Shown here: positions 38,476 through 48,730 of the stretch, in pieces
How the letters are laid out: every line of letters begins with the position of its first letter
How positions within the stretch are numbered: position 1 is the stretch's first letter
Assembly: GCF_963921235.1 (NCBI RefSeq)
Contig: NC_086097.1
Span: 252,280,001 to 252,344,000, forward strand
Source of the DNA: Mobula hypostoma
Lineage: Eukaryota
DNA length: 64,000 bases
Direction: 5' to 3'
Position numbers and translations under genes: made by a program
Notes under the pieces: generated by a model
Seen by the model: only the letters and a program-made list of their open reading frames with translations
The model's database searches: none
Told to the model about the DNA's origin: nothing

Positions 38476-39973
38476 TTTTTTTAAAATTTCAAAATATACT
38501 TTATTCAAAAATAAATATATACAATAAACCATTCAATAACTTTTCATCCTTTACATACGTTTGCATTATACACAGTACATATCCGTATTTATACCATATT
38601 ATTTCATTGTTGAGGGGTATACTCCCCGCCCTCCGACCCCTCCCACTCCCACGGGTGGAGAAACCTATACTGTGGTCCTTCCCCACCGGGCCCTTGCGGT
38701 GGCTGCACCAAGTTTCAGTGCGTCTCTCAGCACGTACTCCTGCAGTCGAGAATGTGCCAGTCGGCAGCATTCTCCCACGGACATCTCCATGTGCTGGTAG
38801 ATCATCAAGTTTCGGGCCGACCAAAGAGCATCTTTCACCGAGTTGATGATCTGCCGGCAGCACCGGACATTGGTCTCCGTGTGTGTCCCCGGGAACAGCC
38901 CGTAGATCAGAGAGTCCTCTGTTACGCAGCTGCTGGGGACAAACCGTGACACTAGCCCGTCCATCCTCCTCCACACCCTCTTTGCGAACTGTCAGTGTGC
39001 AAAGAGGTGGGTCACAGACTCCTCCTCACTGCAGTCCTCCCGTGGGCAGTGGGGTGCGGAGACGACGTTCCGGGCGTACAGGAGGGCTCTGACTGGGAGG
39101 GCCCCTCTCACCGCCAGCCAGGCGAGGTCTTGGTGCCTGTTGGTTAGATCTGGCGATGAGGCATTTTGCCAGATGAACTGGACAGTCTGCTCAGGGAACC
39201 ACCCCACTGTGTCCATCACGTCCTTCTCCTGCAGTGCCTGCAGGACACTACGTGCCGACCACTGCCTGATGGCCCTGTGGTCAAAGGCGTTCTCCTGGAA
39301 GAACTTTGCTACGTAGGACAGGTATGCCGGCAACGACCAGCTGACTGGGGCGTTGCGCGGGAGTGGGGCCAGACCCATCCTTCGTAGCCAGGGCGACAAG
39401 TAGAACCTGGGCACGTAGTGGTACTTGGTGCCCACATACCTGGGCTCTACACACAACCTGATGCAGCCACATACGAAGCTGGCCATCAGGGTGAGGGCGA
39501 CACTGGGGACGTTCTTGCCCCCGTTGTCCAGGGACTTGTGCATGGCGGTCCGTCTCACCCGCTCCATCTTGGATCCCCAGACGAATCTGAAGACAGCCCG
39601 GGTGATTTCCGAGCTGTAGGAGCGGGGGATGGGCCAGACCTGCGCCAAGTACAGCAGCCCTGAGAGCACCTCACACCTGATGACCAGGTTCTTCCCCGTT
39701 ATCGACAGGGAGCGCCCTCCCCACAGTCCCAGTTTCTGTTTCACCTTGGCAGTCCGCTCCTGCCAGTTCTTGTTGCACGCCTCCGCCCCTCCGAACCAGA
39801 TCCCCAACACCTGCACGTGGTCAGACCTGATGGTGAAGGGGACGCTGGATCGGTCGGGCCAGTTGCCGAAGAGCATGGCTTCGCTCTTCGTGCGGTTGAC
39901 CCTGGCCCCCGACGCTAGCTCAAACTGTTCGCAGGTGCCAATCAACCTGCGAACTGACCTCGGATCAGAGCAG
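38476..39973 (-). mobile_element. GC-rich Tx1-like (L1-clade) LINE, 5'-truncated, 10-bp TSD
   Basis: 317-aa ORF 38992-39945 (ASGARVN..KS, RSLSITGK, CPREDC..ESVTHLFAH). PolyA tail appears as a T-run at 38476. aaaaggaaat occurs at 38466-38475 and 39974-39983. Confidence 0.88.
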
Positions 39974-40018
39974 AAAAGGAAATAGGTCAGTTAGCCTAAA
40001 CTCAGTGGTTGGGAAGGT

Positions 40019-40917
40019 AAACAACAGGAATTCTGCAGATGCTGGAAATTCAAGCAACACACATCAAAGTTGCTGGTGAACGCAGCAGGCCAGGCAGCAT
40101 CTCTAGGAAGAGGTACAGTCGACGTCTCAGGCCGAGACCCTTCGTCAGGACTAACTGAAGGAAGAGTTAGTAAGAGATTTGGAAGTGGGAGGAGGAGGGG
40201 GAGATCCAAAATGATAGGAGAAGACAAGAGGGGGAGGGATGGAGCCAAGAGCTGGACAGGTGATTGGCAAAAGGGATACGAGAGGATCATGGGACAGGAG
40301 GCCCAGGGAGAAAGACAAGGGGGAGGGGGAAAACCCAGAGGATGGGCAAGGGGTAAAGCCCCACATTTTAATTCCACATCCCATTACCATTCTGATATGT
40401 CTATCCACGGCCTCTACTGTCAAGATGAAGCCACACTCAGGTTGGAGGAACAACACCTTATATTCTGTCTGGGTAGCCTCCAACCTGATGGCATGAACAT
40501 TGACTTCTCTAACTTCCGCTAATGCCCCACCTCCCCCTTGTACCCCATCTGTTATTTATTTTTATACACACATTCTTTCTCTTACTCTCCTTTTTCTCCC
40601 TCTGTCCCTCTGAATATACCCCTTGCCCATCCTCTGGGTTCCCCCCCCCCACCCTTGTCTTTTTTCCCGGACCTCCTGTCCCATGATCCTCTCGTATCCC
40701 CTTTTGCCAATCACCTGTCCAGCTCTGGGCTCCATCCCTCCCCCTCCTGTCTTCTCCTATCATTTTGGATCTCCCCCTCCCCCTCACACTTTCAAATCTC
40801 TTACTAACTCTCCCTTCAGTTAGTCCTGATGAAAGGTCTCGGCCTGAAACATCGACTGTACCTCTTCCTAGAGATGCTGCCTGGCCTGCTGCGTTCACCA
40901 GCAACTTTGATGTGTGT
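40019..40917. mobile_element. Penelope-like element with inverted arms (minus 40019-40355, plus about 40358-40917), 13-bp TSD
   Basis: tggttgggaaggt occurs at 40006-40018 and 40918-40930. C-terminal GIY-YIG remnant LEEQHLIF.LGSLQPDGMN. Confidence 0.92.
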
Positions 40918-41341
40918 TGGTTGGGAAGGTGTTGGAGTCTATTGTTACGGATGAGGTTTCAAGGTACTTGGAGACTAATGATAAAATAAGTCAAAGTCAG
41001 CATGGTTTCTGTCAAGGGCAATCTTGCCTGACAAATCTGTTAGAGTTCTTCGAGGAAGTAACAAGCAGGGTGGAGAAAGGGGAGGCAATGGATGTCTTTA
41101 CCTGGATTTTCAGAAAGTGTTTGATAAGATGCCACAGGAGGCTGCTTAACAAGATAAAATCCTAAGGCATTACAGGAGAGATACTGGCATGGATAGAGGA
41201 ATGGCTGACAGGCGGGAGGCAGTGCGTGGGAATAAAAGGGGCCTTTTCTGGTTGGCTGCCGGTGACTAGTGGTGTTCCTCAGGGGTCAGTATTGGGACCG
41301 CTACTTTTCACATTGTTTGTCAATGATTGGATAATGGAATT

Positions 41342-41379
41342 TAGTCCTGACGAAGGGTCTCGGCCTGAAACGTCGACTG
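41342..41379 (+). ncRNA. Minimal type I hammerhead ribozyme motif, intact core; predicted cleavage after 41374
   Basis: Stem I TAGTC/GACTG, CTGACGA at 41347-41353, stem II AGG..CCT, and GAAAC-GTC with palindromic ACGT as helix III. Confidence 0.75.
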
Positions 41380-41441
41380 TACCTCTTCCTACAGATGCTG
41401 CCTGGCCTGCTGCGTTCACCAGCAACTTTGATGTGTGTTGC
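41342..41441 (+). mobile_element. 100-bp Penelope-derived micro-insertion, 15-bp TSD
   Basis: ttggataatggaatt occurs at 41327-41341 and 41442-41456. The insert matches the Penelope terminal segment at 40821-40917. Confidence 0.92.
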
Positions 41442-43022
41442 TTGGATAATGGAATTGATGGCTTTGTGGCAAAGTTTGCGGATGATACAAAGATAGGTGG
41501 AGGGGTGGGTAGTGCTGAGGAAGCAATGAGATTGCAGCAGGACTTAGACAAATTGGAAGAATAGGCAAAAAAGTGGCAGATGGAATTCAGTGTTGAGAAA
41601 TGTATGATAATGCATTTTGGTAAAAGGAACAATGGTGCAGACTATTATCTAACTGGGGAGAAGGTTCAAACATCAGAGGTGTAGAGGGACTTAGGAGTCC
41701 TCGTGCAAAACTCCCAGAAGGTTAATTTACAGGTTGAGTCTGTGGTAAAGGCGGCAAATGCAATGTTGGCATTTATTTCAAGGGGAATAGAATATAAAAG
41801 CAAGGAGATAATGCTGAGCCTTTATAAGACACTAGTCAGGCTGCACTTGGAATATTGTCAACAGTTTTGGGCCCCATATCTCAGAAAGGATTTGTTGTCA
41901 TTGGAGAGAGTCCAGTGGATGTTCACCAGGATGATTCTGTAAATGAAGGGATTAACATATGAGGAGCATTTGGCAGCTTTGGTCCTGTACTCACTGGAAT
42001 TTAGAAGAATGAGGGGGGAATCTCATTAAAACCTACCGAATGTTGAAAGGACTAGATAGGGTGGATGTGGAGAGGATGTTTCCTCTGGTGGGGTATCCAG
42101 AACAAGAGGACACAGCCTAAAAATTGAGGAGTGACCCTTTAGAACAGAGATAAGGAGTAATTTTTTTAGCCAGAGAGTAGTAAATCTGTGGAATGCTCTG
42201 CCACAGACTGTGGTGGAGGCCATATCCGGTAGTATATTTAAGATGGAAGTTGATAGTTTCCTAATTGGCAAATGCATCAAAGGATATGGCGAGAAAATAG
42301 GTATCTGGGGGTGAGTGGGATCCGGGATCAGCCATGATGGAATGATAGAGCAGACTCAATGGGCTGAATGGCCTAATTCTGCTCCTATGCCTTATGGTCT
42401 TATGGTCTAAAGACATACTGGTTACAGTTAGTGAGTTGTGGACATGCTATATTGGTGCCAGAAACATGGCAACATGCTCTCTTTTCATTTCTACCATCAG
42501 GTAGGAGGTACAGGAGCCTGAAGGCACACACTCAGCGATTCAGGAACAGCTTCTTCCCCTCTGCCATCCGATTCCTAAATGGACATTGAACCCATGAACA
42601 CTACCTCACCACATTTTTTTTTCTTATTTTGCTCTCTTTTTGCACTATTTATTCAATTTACTATTTAACATATATTTTATTGTAATTAAACAATTTTTAT
42701 TATTATTATTACACTGCACTGCTGCTGTAAAAGAAGTTCCATGAAATATGCCAGTGATAATAAACTTGATTGCGTTTCTGAATCTCAGACTTACCTGAAG
42801 ACAGTCACTCCCTGTTTCAGGAACAGATTCTTCCCCTCCGGTATCAGATGACCGAATGGACATTGAACACCTGAACACTGTGCTTTAAAGATTTACTGTC
42901 CAGGTATACTGCCCCTCTGAATCTGCCTCCTCATACTTAACTCCCCTTGTCCATTCCCCTCCCACCTACATCTGGAACACCTGGCAGGCCTCCACTATTT
43001 TCACATTTTCCTATGTGTTGTT

Positions 43023-43104
43023 GGTAGTGTCGCCGAGCGGTCTAAGGTGCTGGATTTGGGCTCCAGTCTCTTCGGAGGTGGGGGTTCCAATCCCACTGCT
43101 GCCA
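43023..43104 (+). pseudogene. tRNA-Leu-type pseudogene (82 nt, long variable arm) with anticodon TGG
   Basis: Collinear with the vertebrate tRNA-Leu(TAG) sequence. Anticodon arm is CTGGA-TTTGGGC-TCCAG. T-loop reads TTCCAAT, and there are several stem substitutions. TTTT at 43113-43116. Confidence 0.85.
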
Positions 43105-46100
43105 GTGAAATCTTTTCCAGGGTGGCATGATAGTGGTTAGCATAACACCGGCAACCCAGACTGAATCCACCTCAAAGTTCAAAGTTACTGACCCTCTCCA
43201 CCTCTGATTCACTGATGATTACTAGTTCAAGGACATCACTCAAGGACATTCCCTCTGCTGACCATCTACTATCAGTTCCTTGGTCTTACTGATCTTGAAT
43301 GAGAGGTTGCTGTTATTTCACCACTCATCCAAATTCCCCCCCTGTATGTTGACTCATCACCGCCTTTGATACGGCTCACAACAGTGGTGTCATCAGCAAA
43401 CCTGTATATGGTGGTGGAGCTGTGCTTAGCCACACAGTCATAGGTGTAAAGCGAAATACTTCAACTCCCCTTGTCCATTCCCTTCCCGCCTACATGGTGT
43501 TGGAGTTGTACTTAGCCACACAGTGGGATGTCCAGCATTAAATACCCCCATCACTGGAATATGCCCTCTTCTCATTGCTACCGTCAAGAAGGAGGCACAG
43601 GAGCCTGAAGGCACACACTCTACATTTCAGGAACAGCTTTTTCCCCTCCACCACCAAATTTCTGAATAGACAATAAACCCATGGACTTTTTTCTCTTTCT
43701 TTCTGCACATAATTAAATTTTTTAATATATATATATATATATTTTTTTTTGTTTGTAATTTTTAGTTTTTAAGCTATGTATTCCAATGTACTACTGCTGC
43801 AAAACAACACATTTCACGGCGTACAGTCAGTGATATTAAACTGATTCTGACACTTGTGGGCTGTACATCCTTGGACTATGTTGGTTGTTGACAGAAATGA
43901 TGCATTTCATTGTTTGAATGTACATGTGACAAATGTATTTATTTATGTACTTAGAGACACAGTGTGAAACGGGCCCTTCTGGCCCAACCAGCCACACCAC
44001 CCTGCAACCTTTGACTTAACCCGAGCCTAATCACGGGACAATTTACAATCTCCAATTAACCTACCAACCTGTATGTCTTTGGACTGCCGGAGGAAACAGG
44101 AGCACCCGGTGGAAACCCATGTGGTCGCGGGGAGAACGTACAAACGGGACACCGGAACTGAACTCTGAACATTTAAGCCCCGAGCTTTAATAGCGTTATG
44201 CTAACCACCACGCTACCGTGGCGCCCAAAAGAGTTCATCTACAAGTTCCTAAAACAATTATTTGGATATGGTATAGATATTGGATAAATACCCAGTACTC
44301 TGTGAGGAAACTCCAAGGTCATCAGTGGAAATGGTGAGCAGATTCAAACCCGCAAGTGTCACCACAATCCCGGTGTCAGTTTAGCACGGCCACAGCCCTC
44401 TAACACAAACCCGTACGTCTTTGGAATGTGGGAGGAAACTGGACCCATACGGTCACAGGGAGAACATACACACTCCTTACAGGCAGCGACTTGGGTTACC
44501 TGCTGAAGATGTTATCAAGTGAAATTTGAGCTCATTAGATTAAAGGTAGTTTTATTTCGTTACACGTACAGTACATCAAAACATACAGTGAAATGTGTTA
44601 GACCAGCAGAGCTGGTACATCGCCTCAGTCTCACTACTGTGAAGATCAAATGAAAATAGCAAAAAAGTTCAGTTTCTGTTCTAAATATAGATGCATATTT
44701 TCTCTGGATACTTTTTCTGAGAGTTTTTCAAAGATTGCAAAAGAGAAATTGTTTTAAAAGACTTAACTTAACCGCCTCTGATAAGATGTTTTTTTGCATG
44801 GAATTACAATTGAAAGTGTCAGCGTTCACATTCCATGCGATCCAAATCCCTTCTCATCCAACCCTGGTTACGGGTGGCTGTCGAGGCAGATACATCAGGG
44901 ATATTTTAAAAACTCTTAGATAGACATGTGGATGATAGAGAAATGGAAGGTTATGTGGGAAGAAGGGTTAGATTGATCGTGGAGTGAGTTAAAAGGTAGG
45001 CATAATATCATGGGGCGAGGGCCTTATTGTGCTGTAGTGTTCTATGCTTTATGGTCAAATGTTTCCTTTACTACCACTCCCACAATTCTTTTTCTGCTCT
45101 TCCTGTTGCTTTCAATAAGACGATGGCACACTCGGATGCAGCAACCTCGCGGGGGCCAAACAAAGGTCTTCTTTTCTTTGTTAAACGTGTTTTTTATTAC
45201 CGTGAGACCACACTGGACTCCAGCAACTTCTGGTACAGCAGGTCGACTGCATCAGTGAGCTGTTCATTGTTCAGAGTAGCCGGCCGGCGGGTTGGAGAAG
45301 TCAGTTGGTGGTCTGGAGAAGGAAAAACTGGCCGGTGGGTGGGAGAAGGAGAAGGAGCTGCTCGGGATCTCTGAGGGGCTTGCCGGCTGTTGGAGGAGCC
45401 CGCCCACGGCATGTCGAAGGAGCTGGTTGGCGTAATGGAGGAGCCGGGCAGGATATCAGAAGGGCCAGTTTGGGTTCGGAGCTCCTGTTCCAGCTGCAGA
45501 CCGTGTTGCTGCCCGCTGCTCGAAAACATCGGAGTTGGTGCAGTGTAATGATGGCAGATTGTCTCGGTCATTTCACTTGCGACCGCAAGACTCTGTTGGA
45601 CCGGGATAATGTAAGTTGCCACAGGCCTGTTACCCTTGTCTGGTGGTGGGACAGTTGACGTGGCAGCTGTAGAGTCTGAGCTGTAGTGAGAACCAGGCCT
45701 CAAGCCTCGGGTTTGCCGGTTGCTTCAGAGCAGCTGAGTGACGAGGAAGTACTACAGGATGGTTGAGCTCGGCTGGGGCCTGGCATCTCCCTTTGGTACT
45801 GCCCTCCCGTGTCTGAGTGGTGGGATTACAGGCTGGATTGCGTGTCTCTTCACACGGTGGGAAACTTTACCATCGGTTGCTGGACATTGTCGCTCAGGAC
45901 ATTGTGTTTTTAAATTAATATGCTTCTTTCGTCTCTATTTTTGAACTTTTTGAATGTTACCCGCTACTTTGAAGTTTGCTTGCTATTTTTGATCACAAAC
46001 AAGAGAAAATCTGCAGGTGCTGGAAATCCAAACAAGGAGAGGGCAGGAAATTGGTGCTGAGAAGCAAATGGACCAGCCATCATGAAATGGTGGAGACACT

Positions 46101-46418
46101 CGATGGGCCAAATGGCCTAATTCTGCTCCTATGTCTTATTGCCTTATGCATGCGTGAAGCCAAAGAGATGGGAGAGATCTTAAAATGATTGTTTACTCAG
46201 GAGTCAATAGAAATGGGAGGAAGGTTAGGTTGACCTTAGAGTAGGTTAAAAGATCGACAGCACAACCTTTCTCAGATGCTAGTTCAACTGGCATACTAGT
46301 CCAATACCCTCTCTGATAATGAATTCCACATTCTCCCATTTTATAAATTCCTCCACGTTCTGGGTCAGATTCAATTTCTTGCACTTGGAACAGCAAAAAG
46401 GACATTTCTATTTAGTAT

Positions 46419-46443
46419 CATACATCAAAGTTGCTGGTGAACG
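46419..46443 (-). mobile_element. 25-bp Penelope terminal micro-insertion, 12-bp TSD
   Basis: tctatttagtat occurs at 46407-46418 and 46444-46455. The insert catacatcaaagttgctggtgaacg matches the Penelope end at 24 of 25 positions. Confidence 0.8.
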
Positions 46444-46469
46444 TCTATTTAGTATGTTCTTTTATCAGA

Positions 46470-48730
46470 TCAAGGATGGTGCAGAGTGGGGATATATCTC
46501 TACTGAAGGGGGTGTAAGGCGCTCCATCACTCCGCTAGTCTGCAGGTCACCCTTGGGCAAGGTGTAGCACCTACTTTGCGCCCCCTCCCCCCGATCAGGG
46601 TTACGTGAAGCCACGGAAGCAGGTGGTGGATGGTCGTATGAGCAGCCGGTGCAGATCACAAGTCCTGGTTGTGTGACCACTGACACCAGGCAGACAATCC
46701 CTGAAGAGTATTGATAATGGCTGGGGTCACCAGTCTTAAACCATAGAAACAATAGAAACTACAGCACAGAAACAGGCCTTTTGGCCCTTCTTGGCTGTGC
46801 CAAACCATTTTCTGCCTAGTCCCACTGACCTGCACACGGACCATATCCCTCCATACACCTCTCATCCATGTATCTGTCCAATTTATTCTTAAATGTTAAA
46901 AAAGAACCCGCATTTACCACCTCGTCTGGCAGCTCATTCCATACTCCCACCACTCTCTGTGTGAAGAAACCCCCCCTAATGTTCCCTTTAAACTTTTCCC
47001 CCCTCACCTTTAACCCATGTCCTCTGGTTTTTTTCTCCCCTTGCCTCAGTGGAAAAAGCCTGCTTGCATTCACTCTATCTATACCCATCATAATTTTATA
47101 TACCTCTATCAAATCTCCCCTCATTCTTCTACGCTCCAGGGAATAAAGTCATAACCTATTCAACCTTTCTCTGTAACTGAGTTTCTCAAGTCCTGGCAAC
47201 ATCCTTGTAAACCTTCTCTGCACTCTTTCAACCTTATTTATATCATTCCTGTAATTTGGTGACCGAAACTGAACACAGTACTCCAGATTCGGCCTCACCA
47301 ATGCCTTATACAACCTCATCATGACATTCCAGCTCTTATACTCAATACTTTGATTAATAAAAGCCAATGTATCAAAAGCTCTCTTTACGACCCTATCTAC
47401 TAGTGACGCCACTTTTAGGGAATTTTGTATCTGTATTCCCAGATCCCTCTGTTCTACTGCACTCCTCAGTGCCCTACCATTAACCCTGTACATTCTACCT
47501 TGGTTTGTCCTTCCAACGTGCAATACCTCACACTTGTCAGTATTAAACTCCATCTGCCATTTTTCAGCCCATTTTTACAGCTGGTCCAAGTCCCTCTGCA
47601 GGCTCTGAAAACCTTCCTCACTGTCTACTACACCTTCAATCTTTGTATCATCAGCAAATTTGCTGATACAATTTACCACATTATCATCCAGATCATTGAT
47701 ATAGATGATAAATAACAATGGACCCAGCACTGATCCCTGTGGCACACCACTAGTCACAGGCCTCCACTCAGAGAAGCAATTCTCTACCACCACTCTTTGG
47801 CTTCTTCCATCGAGCCAATGTCCAATCCAATTTACCACCTCTCCATGTATACCTAGCGACTGAATTTTCCTAATTAACGTCCCATGCGGGACCTTCTCAA
47901 AGGCCTTACTGAAATCCATGTAGACAATATCCACTGCCTTCCCTTCATCCACTTTCCTGGTAACCTCCTCGAAAAACTCCAATAGATTGGTCAAACATGA
48001 CCTACCACGCACAAAGCCATGTTGACTCTCCCTAATAAGTCCCTGTCTATCCAAATGCTTGTAGATTCTGTCTCTTCGTACTCCCTCCAATAACTTACCT
48101 ACTACCAACGTTAAACTCACCGGCCTATAATTTCCCGGATTACTTTTCGATCCTTTTTTAAACAACGGAACAACATGAGTCACTCTCCAATCCTCCGGCA
48201 CCTCACCCATAGACAGCGACATTTAAAATATTTCTGCCAGGGCCCCCACAATTTCAACACTAGTCTCCTTCAAGGTCCGAGGAAACACCCTGTCAGGTCC
48301 CGGGAATTTATCCACTTTAATTTTCCTCAAGACAGCAAGCACCTCCTCCTTTTCAATCTGTACAGTTTCCATGATCTCAGTACTTGTTTCCTTTAATTCC
48401 ATAGACTTCATGCCAGTTTCCTTAGTAAATACAGACGCAAAAAACCTATTTAAGATCTCCCCCATTTCCTTTGGTTCCGCATATAGCCGACCACTCTGAT
48501 CTTCAAGAGGACCAATTTTATCCCTTACAATCCTTTTGCTCTTAATATACCTGTAAAAGCTCTTTGGATTATCCTTCACTTTGACTGCCAAGGCAACCTC
48601 ATGTCTTCTTGTAAAGACTCTGCCCAAAAGAAGGCAATGGCAAACCACTTCTGAAGTAAAACTTGCCAAGAAGAATGGCAAAACCATAAATGCCCACGTC
48701 ATACAACGTAGCATATAACAAACGAATGAA
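46470..48730 (+). mobile_element. Short RTE-related non-coding element (46470-46737 plus about 48607-48730) split by a CR1 insertion
   Basis: caggtcacccttgggcaaggt in the first half and gaaggcaatggcaaaccac (recalled as an RTE/BovB-type UTR motif) in the second half. tctt is present at both breakpoints. Confidence 0.5.

Larger units (their letters stand above)
37660..42410 (+). mobile_element. Decayed CR1 LINE hosting a Tx1 insertion and two Penelope insertions
   Basis: KSPGPDGLHPRVL at 37996-38475. Continues at 39984-40018, 40931-41341 and 41457-42410 (KFADD), with a cttatggtcttatgg tail. Confidence 0.88.

Noticed and set aside
42784..42800. Perfect minus-strand splice donor CAG|GTAAGT
   Set aside because: It is isolated among Rex1-like remnants with no supportable exon.
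45120..45990. GC-rich stretch with overlapping ORFs of 115-168 aa
   Set aside because: No recognisable domain or splice pattern. Probably an unclassified repeat, but I cannot support a call.
46267..46383. Possible 117-bp minus-strand exon (VQEIESDPERGGIYKMGECGIHYQRGYWTSMPVELASEK)
   Set aside because: The putative donor gttgtg comes from an adjacent CR1 remnant, the acceptor is a weak AAG, I recognise no protein, and no partner exons are evident. tBLASTn or RNA-seq would settle it.
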